Of a DNA stretch of 64,000 nucleotides, positions 30,194 through 42,836 are shown in pieces. Under the pieces are notes generated by a model. That model saw only the letters and a list, made by a program, of their open reading frames with translations, was not told where the DNA came from and made no database searches. A program made the position numbers and the translations under genes. Positions within the stretch are counted from its first letter, which is position 1. Each line of letters opens with the position of its first letter. This DNA is from a phage: assembly GCA_013585095.1 (NCBI GenBank), contig GCA_013585095.1_3039.1. One strand, given 5' to 3'.

Positions 30194-31111
30194 ATGGATT
30201 TAGAAATGATGTTGGATGAAGATTACAAAGAAGGAATTTGCTTTATTGACTTTAGTCAAATTGCGCTTTCAACTGCTTTAGTAAACTTCCCAGATAAAGA
30301 AAAAATTAATTTATCAATGGTTCGTCATTTGATATTGAACTCAATTAAGTTTAATGTCAAAAAAGCAAAAACGCTTGGATACACTAAAATTGTACTGTGT
30401 ATTGATAACGCGAAATCTGGATACTGGCGTCGTGATTTCGCGTATTATTATAAGAAAAACCGTGGAAAAGCACGAGAAGAATCGACTTGGGACTGGGAAG
30501 GTTATTTTGAATCCAGCCATAAAGTTATAGATGAATTGAAAGCTTATATGCCATACATTGTTATGGATATTGATAAGTATGAAGCAGATGACCACATTGC
30601 TGTTCTTGTTAAAAAGTTCTCTTTAGAAGGACACAAGATTTTAATCATTTCATCGGATGGTGACTTTACTCAACTTCACAAATATCCAAATGTTAAGCAA
30701 TGGTCACCGATGCATAAGAAATGGGTTAAAATTAAAAGCGGTTCTGCTGAAATTGACTGTATGACTAAAATCCTTAAAGGCGATAAAAAGGATAACGTTG
30801 CTTCAGTTAAAGTACGATCTGACTTTTGGTTTACCAAAGTTGAAGGTGAACGAACTCCTTCAATGAAAACTTCAATCGTTGAAGCTATTGCTAATGACCG
30901 TGAGCAAGCTAAGGTGCTTCTCACAGAATCTGAATATAATCGTTATAAAGAAAATTTAGTTCTAATTGATTTTGATTATATTCCTGATAATATTGCTTCA
31001 AACATTGTGAATTACTATAATTCATATAAATTACCACCGCGTGGCAAAATTTATTCATATTTTGTAAAAGCGGGTCTTTCTAAATTAACTAATAGCATTA
31101 ATGAATTTTGA
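30194..31111 (+). CDS. rnh: RNase H (5'-3' exonuclease, FEN-1 family)
   Basis: 305 aa from ATG 30194 (MDLEMMLDEDYKEG...) matches remembered T4 RNase H; track start is TTG 30179. Confidence 0.9.
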   Translation: MDLEMMLDEDYKEGICFIDFSQIALSTALVNFPDKEKINLSMVRHLILNSIKFNVKKAKTLGYTKIVLCIDNAKSGYWRRDFAYYYKKNRGKAREESTWDWEGYFESSHKVIDELKAYMPYIVMDIDKYEADDHIAVLVKKFSLEGHKILIISSDGDFTQLHKYPNVKQWSPMHKKWVKIKSGSAEIDCMTKILKGDKKDNVASVKVRSDFWFTKVEGERTPSMKTSIVEAIANDREQAKVLLTESEYNRYKENLVLIDFDYIPDNIASNIVNYYNSYKLPPRGKIYSYFVKAGLSKLTNSINEF

Positions 31112-31119
31112 GGTGAATA

Positions 31120-31389
31120 ATGGCTAAAAAAGAAATGGTTGAATTTGATGAAGCTATCCATGGCGAAGACTTGGCTAAATTTATTAAAGAAGCATCTGAT
31201 CATAAACTGAAAATTTCCGGTTATAATGAACTGATTAAAGATATTCGAATTCGTGCTAAAGATGAACTTGGCGTTGATGGTAAGATGTTTAATCGTCTAT
31301 TAGCTTTGTATCATAAAGATAACCGTGATGTGTTTGAAGCTGAAACTGAAGAGGTAGTTGAACTTTATGACACAGTTTTCTCTAAATGA
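31120..31389 (+). CDS. dsbA: DsbA dsDNA-binding late transcription enhancer
   Basis: 89 aa as in T4; position between rnh and 33. Confidence 0.7.
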   Translation: MAKKEMVEFDEAIHGEDLAKFIKEASDHKLKISGYNELIKDIRIRAKDELGVDGKMFNRLLALYHKDNRDVFEAETEEVVELYDTVFSK

Positions 31390-31705
31390 TATTCGTCCGG
31401 TCGATGAGACCGGTCTTTCAGAAAAAGAACTTTCAATTAAGAAAGAAAAGGATGAAATTGCAAAGCTTCTTGACCGCCAAGAAAATGGATTTATTATTGA
31501 AAAAATGGTAGAAGAGTTTGGAATGAGTTATCTTGAAGCTACAACAGCATTCTTGGAAGAAAATTCTATTCCTGAAACTCAATTTGCTAAATTTATTCCT
31601 TCGGGTATAATTGAAAAAATTCAGTCAGAAGCTATTGACGAAAATCTTTTACGTCCTTCTGTTGTTCGTTGTGAAAAAACTAATACATTAGATTTTCTAT
31701 TATGA
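31367..31705 (+). CDS. 33: gp33 late transcription co-activator
   Basis: 112 aa from ATG 31367 with GAGGTAG RBS; track start is TTG 31358. Confidence 0.7.
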   Translation: MTQFSLNDIRPVDETGLSEKELSIKKEKDEIAKLLDRQENGFIIEKMVEEFGMSYLEATTAFLEENSIPETQFAKFIPSGIIEKIQSEAIDENLLRPSVVRCEKTNTLDFLL

Positions 31706-32355
31706 TTAAACTCCGCATGCCTGCTGGTGGTGAAAGATATATTGATGGTAAATCAGTTTATAAATTATACTTAATGATAAAACAACATATGAATGGAAAG
31801 TATGATGTAATTAAGTATAATTGGTGCATGCGGGTGTCTGATGCCGCTTATCAAAAGCGAAGGGATAAGTATTTTTTCCAGAAGTTATCAGAAAAATATA
31901 AATTAAAGGAACTTGCTTTAATTTTTATAAGTAATTTGGTTGCTAACCAAGATGCTTGGATTGGCGACATCTCTGACGCTGATGCACTTGTGTTTTATCG
32001 TGAATATATTGGACGCTTAAAGCAAATTAAATTTAAGTTTGAAGAAGATATTCGCAACATTTATTATTTTAGTAAAAAAGTTGAAGTTTCTGCTTTTAAA
32101 GAAATCTTTGAATATAATCCAAAAGTTCAGTCAAGTTATATTTTTAAACTTCTGCAATCAAACATAATTTCGTTTGAGACGTTTATCTTGCTTGATTCGT
32201 TTTTAAATATAATTGATAAACATGATGAACAGACTGATAATTTAGTTTGGAATAATTATTCTATAAAGTTAAAGGCTTATAGAAAAATTTTAAATATCGA
32301 TTCACAGGAAGCTAAAAAAGTTTTTATTGAAACTGTGAAATCTTGTAAGTATTAA
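31702..32355 (+). CDS. 59: gp59 helicase loader
   Basis: 217 aa as in T4; immediately upstream of gene 32. Confidence 0.75.
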   Translation: MIKLRMPAGGERYIDGKSVYKLYLMIKQHMNGKYDVIKYNWCMRVSDAAYQKRRDKYFFQKLSEKYKLKELALIFISNLVANQDAWIGDISDADALVFYREYIGRLKQIKFKFEEDIRNIYYFSKKVEVSAFKEIFEYNPKVQSSYIFKLLQSNIISFETFILLDSFLNIIDKHDEQTDNLVWNNYSIKLKAYRKILNIDSQEAKKVFIETVKSCKY

Positions 32356-32363
32356 TTGCTTAT

Positions 32364-32371
32364 TATAAATA
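32364..32371 (+). promoter_or_regulatory. late promoter TATAAATA upstream of gene 32
   Basis: exact tataaata about 85 nt upstream of the gene 32 ATG. Confidence 0.4.
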
Positions 32372-32388
32372 GATTATAATTATCTCAC

Positions 32389-32454
32389 TGACCAGCTATG
32401 AGGTCATACATCGTCATAGCACCAACTGTTAATTAAATTAAAAAGGAAATAAAA
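32389..32454 (+). promoter_or_regulatory. gene 32 autoregulatory translational operator (pseudoknot + A/U-rich tract)
   Basis: tgaccagctatgaggtcatacatcgtcatagca matches the remembered T4 gene 32 pseudoknot, then ttaattaaattaaaaaggaaataaaa before ATG. Confidence 0.7.
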
Positions 32455-33363
32455 ATGTTTAAACGTAAATCTACTGCTGAACTCGCTGCACAAATGGCTA
32501 AACTGGCTGGAAATAAAGGTGGTTTTTCTTCTGAAGATAAAGGCGAGTGGAAACTGAAACTCGACAATGCGGGTAACGGTCAAGCAGTAATTCGTTTTCT
32601 TCCGTCTAAAAATGATGAACAAGCACCATTCGCAATTCTTGTAAATCACGGTTTCAAGAAAAATGGTAAATGGTATATTGAAAACTGTTCATCTACCCAC
32701 GGTGATTACGATTCTTGCCCAGTATGTCAGTACATCAGTAAAAATGATTTGTACAACACTGACAATAAAGAGTACAGTCTTGTTAAACGCAAAACTTCTT
32801 ACTGGGCTAACATTCTTGTTGTAAAAGACCCAGCTGCTCCAGAAAATGAAGGTAAAGTATTTAAATACCGTTTCGGTAAGAAAATCTGGGATAAAATCAA
32901 TGCAATGATTGCGGTTGATGTTGAAATGGGTGAAACTCCGGTTGATGTAACTTGTCCGTGGGAAGGTGCTAACTTTGTACTGAAAGTTAAACAAGTTTCT
33001 GGATTTAGTAACTACGACGAATCTAAATTCCTGAATCAATCTGCGATTCCAAACATTGATGATGAATCTTTCCAGAAAGAATTGTTCGAACAAATGGTTG
33101 ACCTTTCTGAAATGACTTCTAAAGATAAATTCAAATCGTTTGAAGAACTGAGCACTAAATTCGGTCAAGTTATGGGAACTGCTGTGATGGGTGGTGCCGC
33201 TGCAACTGCTGCTAAGAAAGCTGATAAAGTTGCTGATGATTTGGATGCATTCAATGTTGATGACTTCAATACAAAAACTGAAGATGATTTTATGAGCTCA
33301 AGCTCTGGCAGTTCATCTAGTGCTGATGACACGGACCTGGATGACCTTTTGAATGACCTTTAA
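32455..33363 (+). CDS. 32: gp32 single-stranded DNA-binding protein
   Basis: 302 aa, near-identical to remembered T4 gp32 incl. acidic tail [12 protein letters not shown]. Confidence 0.95.
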   Translation: MFKRKSTAELAAQMAKLAGNKGGFSSEDKGEWKLKLDNAGNGQAVIRFLPSKNDEQAPFAILVNHGFKKNGKWYIENCSSTHGDYDSCPVCQYISKNDLYNTDNKEYSLVKRKTSYWANILVVKDPAAPENEGKVFKYRFGKKIWDKINAMIAVDVEMGETPVDVTCPWEGANFVLKVKQVSGFSNYDESKFLNQSAIPNIDDESFQKELFEQMVDLSEMTSKDKFKSFEELSTKFGQVMGTAVMGGAAATAAKKADKVADDLDAFNVDDFNTKTEDDFMSSSSGSSSSADDTDLDDLLNDL

Positions 33364-33386
33364 TAGATTATATTACTAATTAATTG

Positions 33387-33410
33387 GGGACCCTAGAGGT
33401 CCCCTTTTTA
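33387..33410 (+). terminator. intrinsic terminator after gene 32
   Basis: ggggaccctagaggtcccc followed by ttttta. Confidence 0.7.
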
Positions 33411-33434
33411 TTTCAAAAATTTTTTCACAAAACG

Positions 33435-33464
33435 GTTTACATCCTTGTCCTTCCATGGTACTAT
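33435..33464 (+). promoter_or_regulatory. T4-type early promoter
   Basis: caaaaattttttcacaaaacggtttacatccttgtccttccatggtactat. Confidence 0.55.
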
Positions 33465-33507
33465 ACAACTATCGGCAATACTGCTGATGATTAAAGAGGA
33501 AAATAAT

Positions 33508-33738
33508 ATGGCTAAAGTTGATATTGACATCGTTGATTTTGAATATATTGAAGAAATTATTCGTAATCGTTATCCTGAACTTAGTATCACAAGTATTCAC
33601 GATGATCCCAATTATTGCAATTTTTCTATTGTCATTGAAGGTCCTCTTGAAGACCTCACCCGCTTTATGGCTAATGAATATTGCGATGGCATGGATTCTG
33701 AAGACGCAGAATTTTACATGGGACTGATTGAACAATAA
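33508..33738 (+). CDS. hypothetical protein
   Basis: 76 aa from ATG after AGAGGAAA; track start 33445 runs through the promoter. Confidence 0.4.
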   Translation: MAKVDIDIVDFEYIEEIIRNRYPELSITSIHDDPNYCNFSIVIEGPLEDLTRFMANEYCDGMDSEDAEFYMGLIEQ

Positions 33739-33784
33739 TTATCAAGGGGCTATTTGATAGCCCCGTTAAAATGAGGAAATCAAA

Positions 33785-34171
33785 ATGGAAGTTGGAAAAA
33801 CTTATATCATTAACCCTTTATTTAAAAATGACTTTGCTAACGAGTGTCGTTGCAATGTAATGATGCTAAATTTAATAGAGAAGCACGGACCTAGTTTTGT
33901 TGTAGATGAAATGGAAAGTGATGATTGTGCTGGTGAATGTGTGGTACGTGTAACTATGGAAGATGGCACTGAATACATGGCGGGTGGCCCACTTGAGACG
34001 TATTTTGAGATTTACTCTGAAGAATTCAAATACTTTACTGAGGTAACTTTAGAAAAGCCTCAATCCGCTAATGAAGGTATAGTTTCTGGCGTAACAAAAA
34101 TTCACTGCATTGTAGATGAAAACAATGTAGATGAAATCATTGAACTTTTGCGAAAAACTTTCAAAAAGTAG
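33785..34171 (+). CDS. hypothetical protein
   Basis: 128 aa, ATG with GAGGAAA RBS. Confidence 0.5.
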   Translation: MEVGKTYIINPLFKNDFANECRCNVMMLNLIEKHGPSFVVDEMESDDCAGECVVRVTMEDGTEYMAGGPLETYFEIYSEEFKYFTEVTLEKPQSANEGIVSGVTKIHCIVDENNVDEIIELLRKTFKK

Positions 34172-34200
34172 TTTACAACGGGCTATGGTAATGATACTAT
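34171..34200 (+). promoter_or_regulatory. T4-type early promoter with -10 inside an inverted repeat
   Basis: gtttacaacgGGCTATggtaatgatactATAGCC. Confidence 0.55.
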
Positions 34201-34228
34201 AGCCTTATCAACTACTGAGGAGAATAAA

Positions 34229-34471
34229 ATGAGATTACAACGTCAGAGCATCAAAGATTCAGAAGTTAGAGGTAAATGGTATTTTAATATCATCGGTAAA
34301 GATTCTGAACTTGTTGAAAAAGCTGAACATCTTTTACGTGATATGGGATGGGAAGATGAATGCGATGGATGTCCTCTTTATGAAGACGGAGAAAGCGCAG
34401 GATTCTGGATTTACCATTCTGACGTCGAGCAGTTTAAAGCTGATTGGAAAATTGTGAAAAGGTCTGTTTAA
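34229..34471 (+). CDS. hypothetical protein
   Basis: 80 aa, early promoter and GAGGAG RBS upstream. Confidence 0.45.
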   Translation: MRLQRQSIKDSEVRGKWYFNIIGKDSELVEKAEHLLRDMGWEDECDGCPLYEDGESAGFWIYHSDVEQFKADWKIVKRSV

Positions 34472-34481
34472 GGAAAATAAT

Positions 34482-35308
<827 letters not shown>

Positions 35309-35328
35309 AATAACACGTGGCGGAAAAT

Positions 35329-35676
35329 ATGAATTTTAATTATTATCCTATTCTATTAGAAAAAGACGCGAAACAGCCAAAATGGCAAGGTCCTCAGTTT
35401 ATTAAAGGTGTCTATCAATTAGTAGTTCCTAAAGACAAGATTTATAGTAGCTGTTTCACTGAATCCGCTTGTAGTATTTTTGGTAATAGTTCTCCGTATT
35501 GGAATTTTGACATAAAGCTGGATAGAAATATCGATATTTGGTTGAAAGCTATGGATATTGGTAATATCACGTTTGATGAGAATAATTATCATATTATTGG
35601 TCGCTTTTCCAAACGCGGTAAAGAATTATATTTCACACCTGAAATTGAGAGAAAATTTGATGCTAAACCGTATTGA
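35329..35676 (+). CDS. hypothetical protein between frd and td
   Basis: 115 aa from ATG 35329; track start is GTG 35317. Confidence 0.5.
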   Translation: MNFNYYPILLEKDAKQPKWQGPQFIKGVYQLVVPKDKIYSSCFTESACSIFGNSSPYWNFDIKLDRNIDIWLKAMDIGNITFDENNYHIIGRFSKRGKELYFTPEIERKFDAKPY

Positions 35677-35691
35677 TTATATAGGTGTTAA

Positions 35692-36552
35692 ATGAAACAA
35701 TACCAAGATTTAATTAAAGACATTTTTGAAAATGGTTATGAAACCGATGATCGTACAGGCACAGGAACAATCGCTTTGTTCGGTACTAAATTGCGTTGGG
35801 ATTTAACTAAAGGCTTTCCTGCAGTAACAACTAAAAAGCTCGCCTGGAACGCATGTATTGCTGAGCTTCTATGGTTTATTTCCGGTTCTACCAATGTTAA
35901 TGATTTACGTCTTCGTACTCATGGTAGTCTTATTCAAGGTAAAACTATCTGGGATGACAATTATGAAAACCAAGCTAAAGACCTAGGATATCATAGTGGT
36001 GAACTTGGTCCAATTTATGGAAAACAGTGGCGTGATTTCGGTGGTGTGGATCAATTAGTTGAAACTATTGATCGTATTAAAAAATTACCAACTGATCGAC
36101 GTCAAATCGTTTCAGCATGGAATCCAGCTGAAATCAATCAAATGGCATTACCACCCTGTCATATGTTCTATCAGTTTAATGTGCGTAATGGTTATCTTGA
36201 TTTACAATGGTACCAAAGAAGTGTAGATGTTTTCTTGGGATTGCCATTCAACATTGCCTCGTACGCTGCCTTGACACATATTGTGGCTAAGATGTGTAAT
36301 CTTATCCCAGGAGATTTGATATTTTCTGGTGGTAATACTCACATCTATATGAATCATACTGAGCAATGTAAAGAAATTTTACGTCGTGAGCCTAAAGAAC
36401 TATGTGAACTTAAAATTGATTGGCCTATAGAGTTTGGAAATTGTGACACCGAAACACAGCTTTACTGGTTAACTGAATACATGAAACCGAAAGATTTTAT
36501 CCTTGAAAATTATGAATCGCATTCAGCAATTAAAGGGAAAATGGCAATATGA
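35692..36552 (+). CDS. td: thymidylate synthase, uninterrupted (no intron)
   Basis: 286 aa continuous ORF; active-site [10 protein letters not shown]. Confidence 0.95.
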
Positions 36553-36812
36553 TTTTACGATTTAAAGATACTTCTGGCGTTGTTCTTTTTACACTTCCTA
36601 ACCCAAGCGAGTTAGAAGTTCCAGGACCAGAACAGCCTATTACCATTTATGGTAAAAAATACTATACTCATAAAATGACTCGTGAGTATTTTGATAATAA
36701 AATTTCCACAGTTAAAACTTCTTCTGACTGTTACTACGATATTACTGTTTTAACGGAAAAACAATATGACGAATTATTCCAGCGTGGGCCGTCTATGCCG
36801 GGTAGTGAATAA
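36549..36812 (+). CDS. hypothetical protein
   Basis: 87 aa, ATG overlapping td stop. Confidence 0.4.
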
Positions 36813-37092
36813 ATATAAATCCGACTTTGATGTTAATATTCACCGTGGTACATTTTGGGGAAATTACGTCGGTAAAGATGCTGGCAGCCGGGAGGCTGCC
36901 ATTGAATTATTCAAAAAAGATTTTATACGTCGAATTAAATCCGGAGAAATAACTAAAGCACATTTAGAGCCTTTACGTGGAATGAGGCTAGGATGCACAT
37001 GTAAACCAAAGCCGTGTCATGGTGATATAATAGCTCATATAGTTAACCGATTGTTTAAAGACGATTTTCAAGTTGAGGACTTATGCAATTAA
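36766..37092 (+). CDS. hypothetical protein; start uncertain (ATG 36766 or GTG 36805)
   Basis: 108 aa; overlaps previous ORF by 47 nt; Cys/His cluster [11 protein letters not shown]. Confidence 0.4.
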
Positions 37093-39347
37093 TTAATGTT
37101 ATCAAAAGTAGTGGTGTTTCTCAGAGCTTTGACCCACAAAAAATTATTAAAGTTTTATCTTGGGCAGCTGAAGGAACATCAGTAGATCCTTATGAATTAT
37201 ATGAAAATATTAAATCTTATCTCCGTGATGGAATGACAACTGATGATATTCAGACTATTGTCATTAAGGCTGCAGCGAATTCTATTTCGGTTGAAGAGCC
37301 TGATTATCAATATGTAGCTGCACGTTGTTTAATGTTCGCTCTTCGTAAGCATGTTTATGGACAGTATGAACCACGTTCATTTATTGACCATATTTCTTAC
37401 TGTGTAAATGAAGGTAAATATGACCCTGAATTATTGTCAAAATATTCAGCAGAAGAAATTACATTTTTAGAATCAAAAATTAAGCACGAGCGGGATATGG
37501 AATTTACTTATTCCGGGGCGATGCAATTAAAAGAAAAATATCTAGTTAAAGATAAAACCACTGGTCAAATTTATGAAACTCCACAGTTTGCATTTATGAC
37601 TATTGGAATGGCATTGCATCAAGATGAACCTGTTGATAGACTAAAACACGTTATCCGTTTTTATGAAGCAGTATCTACTCGACAGATTTCATTGCCAACT
37701 CCTATTATGGCTGGATGTCGTACTCCAACTCGGCAGTTTAGTTCATGCGTTGTTATTGAGGCAGGTGATTCATTAAAGTCTATCAATAAGGCTTCTGCTT
37801 CAATTGTTGAATATATCTCTAAACGCGCTGGAATTGGTATTAACGTTGGTATGATTCGTGCCGAAGGTTCTAAGATTGGCATGGGTGAAGTACGCCATAC
37901 TGGTGTTATTCCTTTTTGGAAACATTTTCAGACTGCAGTTAAATCATGTTCACAGGGTGGAATTCGTGGCGGCGCTGCTACTGCTTATTATCCTATTTGG
38001 CATTTGGAAGTTGAAAATCTTCTTGTTTTGAAAAATAACAAAGGCGTAGAAGAAAACCGCATTCGTCATATGGATTATGGCGTTCAACTGAATGACCTAA
38101 TGATGGAACGTTTTGGAAAGAACGATTACATTACTTTGTTCAGTCCGCATGAAATGGGTGGAGAGCTTTATTATTCTTATTTTAAAGACCAAGACCGTTT
38201 CCGTGAATTGTACGAAGCAGCAGAAAAAGACCCTAATATTCGCAAAAAGCGTATTAAAGCCCGTGAACTATTTGAATTGCTCATGACTGAACGTTCAGGA
38301 ACAGCAAGGATTTATGTGCAGTTCATTGATAATACGAATAACTATACTCCATTTATTCGTGAAAAGGCACCTATTCGTCAGAGTAACTTGTGCTGTGAAA
38401 TTGCTATTCCAACAAATGATGTGAATAGTCCTGATGCTGAAATTGGATTGTGCACGTTATCTGCATTTGTGCTGGATAACTTCGATTGGCAAGACCAAGA
38501 TAAAATTAATGAATTGGCAGAAGTCCAAGTTCGTGCTCTTGATAATCTTTTGGACTACCAAGGATATCCAGTTCCTGAAGCAGAAAAAGCTAAAAAGCGT
38601 CGAAACCTTGGTGTAGGTGTTACTAACTATGCAGCTTGGCTGGCAAGTAACTTTGCTTCTTATGAAGATGCTAACGATTTAACACATGAACTATTTGAGA
38701 GATTACAGTATGGACTCATTAAAGCATCCATTAAACTCGCCAAAGAAAAAGGACCTTGCGAATATTATTCAGACACTCGTTGGTCTCGAGGCGAATTACC
38801 TATCGACTGGTACAATAAAAAGATTGACCAAATCGCAGCTCCAAAATACGTTTGTGACTGGTCGTCGTTGCGGGAAGACCTTAAGCTCTTTGGCATCCGT
38901 AATAGCACATTATCAGCACTTATGCCATGTGAGTCATCTTCCCAAGTTTCTAACAGTACAAACGGTATCGAGCCTCCACGTGGACCAGTCTCTGTTAAAG
39001 AATCAAAAGAGGGCTCCTTTAATCAAGTCGTGCCCAATATTGAGCATAACATAGACCTCTATGATTATACCTGGAAATTAGCTAAGAAAGGTAATAAACC
39101 TTATCTTACGCAGGTAGCTATTATGCTGAAATGGGTATGTCAATCAGCTTCAGCGAATACATACTATGACCCTCAAATCTTCCCTAAAGGAAAGGTTCCA
39201 ATGTCAATAATGATTGATGACCTTTTGTATTTTTGGTACTTTGGTGGAAAAAATTTCTATTATCATAATACCCGTGATGGTTCTGGTACTGATGATTATG
39301 AAATAGAAACTCCAAAAGCTGAAGATTGTGCAGCGTGTAAATTGTAA
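37083..39347 (+). CDS. nrdA: ribonucleotide reductase large subunit (class Ia)
   Basis: 754 aa as in T4; catalytic SNLCCEIA; C-terminal CAACKL. Confidence 0.95.
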   Translation: MQLINVIKSSGVSQSFDPQKIIKVLSWAAEGTSVDPYELYENIKSYLRDGMTTDDIQTIVIKAAANSISVEEPDYQYVAARCLMFALRKHVYGQYEPRSFIDHISYCVNEGKYDPELLSKYSAEEITFLESKIKHERDMEFTYSGAMQLKEKYLVKDKTTGQIYETPQFAFMTIGMALHQDEPVDRLKHVIRFYEAVSTRQISLPTPIMAGCRTPTRQFSSCVVIEAGDSLKSINKASASIVEYISKRAGIGINVGMIRAEGSKIGMGEVRHTGVIPFWKHFQTAVKSCSQGGIRGGAATAYYPIWHLEVENLLVLKNNKGVEENRIRHMDYGVQLNDLMMERFGKNDYITLFSPHEMGGELYYSYFKDQDRFRELYEAAEKDPNIRKKRIKARELFELLMTERSGTARIYVQFIDNTNNYTPFIREKAPIRQSNLCCEIAIPTNDVNSPDAEIGLCTLSAFVLDNFDWQDQDKINELAEVQVRALDNLLDYQGYPVPEAEKAKKRRNLGVGVTNYAAWLASNFASYEDANDLTHELFERLQYGLIKASIKLAKEKGPCEYYSDTRWSRGELPIDWYNKKIDQIAAPKYVCDWSSLREDLKLFGIRNSTLSALMPCESSSQVSNSTNGIEPPRGPVSVKESKEGSFNQVVPNIEHNIDLYDYTWKLAKKGNKPYLTQVAIMLKWVCQSASANTYYDPQIFPKGKVPMSIMIDDLLYFWYFGGKNFYYHNTRDGSGTDDYEIETPKAEDCAACKL

Positions 39348-39988
39348 TGAATTATCAAAAAATCTATAACGACCTAATTTCCCGAGCTCAGGCTCGGGAA
39401 CCTTTATTAGGATATAAAGAGACTCATCATATAATCCCTAGATGCATGGGAGGTTCTGATGATAAAGAAAATTTAGTTGAATTAACAGGTAGAGAGCATT
39501 TTATAGCTCATTGGCTTTTATGCAAAATATATGACACACCAGGATTAAAGAAAGCTTTTGGTTTAATGTGCTTGACTGGTAAAAATCGCTCATATAAAAT
39601 TTCTTCTCAACTATACGAATTAGGTAGACGACGTTTATCTGAAGCTGCTATAGGACGTGAAGTTTCTATAGAAACCAGGGAAAAGATAAGTAGAGCTCTT
39701 AAAGGAAGGAAATTTACCAAAGAGCATTTAGCTCGCATGAGAAAACCTAAAACCGAAGAAGCTAAAAAGAATATAGCTGCTGCTAAAGTCGGCGTGCTTA
39801 ATCCGATGTATGGTACAATCTCTCCGACAAGAGATGTTCCTCATACTAAAGAAACTCGCGATTTGATTTCTTTGAGAACTAAGCAAAGTATAGAGTATCC
39901 GCCTTGTCCGCATTGTGGCAAGAAAGTTAATAAAGGCAATGCTCTAAGATGGCATTATGATAAATGTAAATTTAAGGATTCTAAATGA
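39347..39988 (+). CDS. HNH homing endonuclease with NUMOD3-like repeats (mobE-like)
   Basis: HHIIPRCMGGSDDKENLVELTGREHFIAH HNH motif; located between nrdA and nrdB. Confidence 0.75.
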   Translation: MNYQKIYNDLISRAQAREPLLGYKETHHIIPRCMGGSDDKENLVELTGREHFIAHWLLCKIYDTPGLKKAFGLMCLTGKNRSYKISSQLYELGRRRLSEAAIGREVSIETREKISRALKGRKFTKEHLARMRKPKTEEAKKNIAAAKVGVLNPMYGTISPTRDVPHTKETRDLISLRTKQSIEYPPCPHCGKKVNKGNALRWHYDKCKFKDSK

Positions 39989-41163
39989 GTACAGTTTTTA
40001 ATACATCCCCTGTTAATATTTTGACTGAGCCGATGTTTTTTGGTTCTGGATTGGGTTTAGCTCGATATGATATTCAACGGCATAGAGTATTTGAAGAACT
40101 TATTGAGAAATCTTTATCATTTTTCTGGCGTCCTGAAGAAGTAAACTTGATGATGGATGCTGCACAGTTTAATAAGCTTCCTCAGTATCAGCAAAATATT
40201 TTTACTAATAATCTGAAGTATCAATCACTTTTGGATAGCATTCAGGGTCGTGCGCCGTCTGCTGTACTTATGTCATTAATTTCAGACCCGAGCCTTGATA
40301 CATGGGTTGCTACATGGACTTTTAGTGAAACTATTCACAGTCGTTCATATACTCATATCATGCGAAATCTTTATACTGATCCATCGAAGGTATTTGATGA
40401 AATTGTATTAGATGAAGCTATTATGAAACGTGCTGAATCCATTGGACGTTATTATGATGATGTTCTGATTAAAACTCGCTATTGGGAAAACGCTAAAGCT
40501 GATATCGAATACCAAAAAGAAATTAATGCAGACGAAGACGTTATTGAAGATGCTATTGAGCATGAGACATATTGGAAGCGTGAGCTAATGAAATCTCTTT
40601 ACCTCTGTTTGCATGTAATCAACGCATTGGAAGCTATTCGTTTTTATGTATCTTTCGCATGTACCTTTAACTTCCATAAGAACATGGAAATCATGGAAGG
40701 TAATGCCAAGATTATGAAGTTCATTGCACGCGATGAACAGCTTCACCTTAAAGGCACCCAATATATTATTCGTCAACTTCAATCTGGTACTGATGGCGAT
40801 CAATGGGTTAAAATTGCTCAAGAGTGTGAACAAGAAGCAGTTGATATTTTCATGGAAGTTAACCGCCAAGAAAAAGATTGGGCAGTTCATTTATTTAAAG
40901 ATGGCGATGTTCCTGGATTAAATACAAATAGCATGTGGAGCTTTATTGATTACTTAACTGTATCTCGTATGAAACAGTGTGGTCTTCCATGCCCAATTAC
41001 CGATGCTCCGGTTAAACACCCGTATCCTTGGATTCGTGAATATCTTAATTCTGATAATGTTCAATCCGCGCCACAAGAAGTAGAACTGTCATCTTATCTT
41101 GTAGCACAGATTGATAATGATGTTGATGATAAAGTTATGATGAGTTTTAAAAAATATTTTTAA
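39985..41163 (+). CDS. nrdB: ribonucleotide reductase small subunit, uninterrupted (no intron)
   Basis: 392 aa continuous ORF; di-iron ExxH motif SETIHSRSY. Confidence 0.9.
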   Translation: MSTVFNTSPVNILTEPMFFGSGLGLARYDIQRHRVFEELIEKSLSFFWRPEEVNLMMDAAQFNKLPQYQQNIFTNNLKYQSLLDSIQGRAPSAVLMSLISDPSLDTWVATWTFSETIHSRSYTHIMRNLYTDPSKVFDEIVLDEAIMKRAESIGRYYDDVLIKTRYWENAKADIEYQKEINADEDVIEDAIEHETYWKRELMKSLYLCLHVINALEAIRFYVSFACTFNFHKNMEIMEGNAKIMKFIARDEQLHLKGTQYIIRQLQSGTDGDQWVKIAQECEQEAVDIFMEVNRQEKDWAVHLFKDGDVPGLNTNSMWSFIDYLTVSRMKQCGLPCPITDAPVKHPYPWIREYLNSDNVQSAPQEVELSSYLVAQIDNDVDDKVMMSFKKYF

Positions 41164-41167
41164 GGAG

Positions 41168-41190
41168 TGGGCCGCAAGGCCCATTTTATT
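41168..41190 (+). terminator. hairpin with U-tract between nrdB stop/SD and denA ATG
   Basis: tgggccgcaaggccca + ttttatt; SD AAGGAG lies upstream of the hairpin. Confidence 0.5.
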
Positions 41191-42778
<1,588 letters not shown>

Positions 42779-42781
42779 GCT

Positions 42782-42836
42782 GTTTACAAGTCCCTCGTGT
42801 TGTGTTATAGTAATCTTACTGACATAACATGAGGAC
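42782..42836 (+). promoter_or_regulatory. early promoter plus 5'UTR hairpin cassette (repeat copy A)
   Basis: gtttacaagtccctcgtgttgtgttatagtaatcttactgacataacatgagga; 54/55 identical to 58088..58142. Confidence 0.6.

Noticed and set aside
31914-31937. MotA-box-like TGCTTTA with downstream TAATTT inside gene 59
   Set aside because: Single heptamer match with ambiguous spacing; cannot be supported as a middle promoter from sequence alone
35692-36552. Possible group I intron in td (and in nrdB 39985..41163)
   Set aside because: Both genes are continuous ORFs of the expected length with intact active-site motifs
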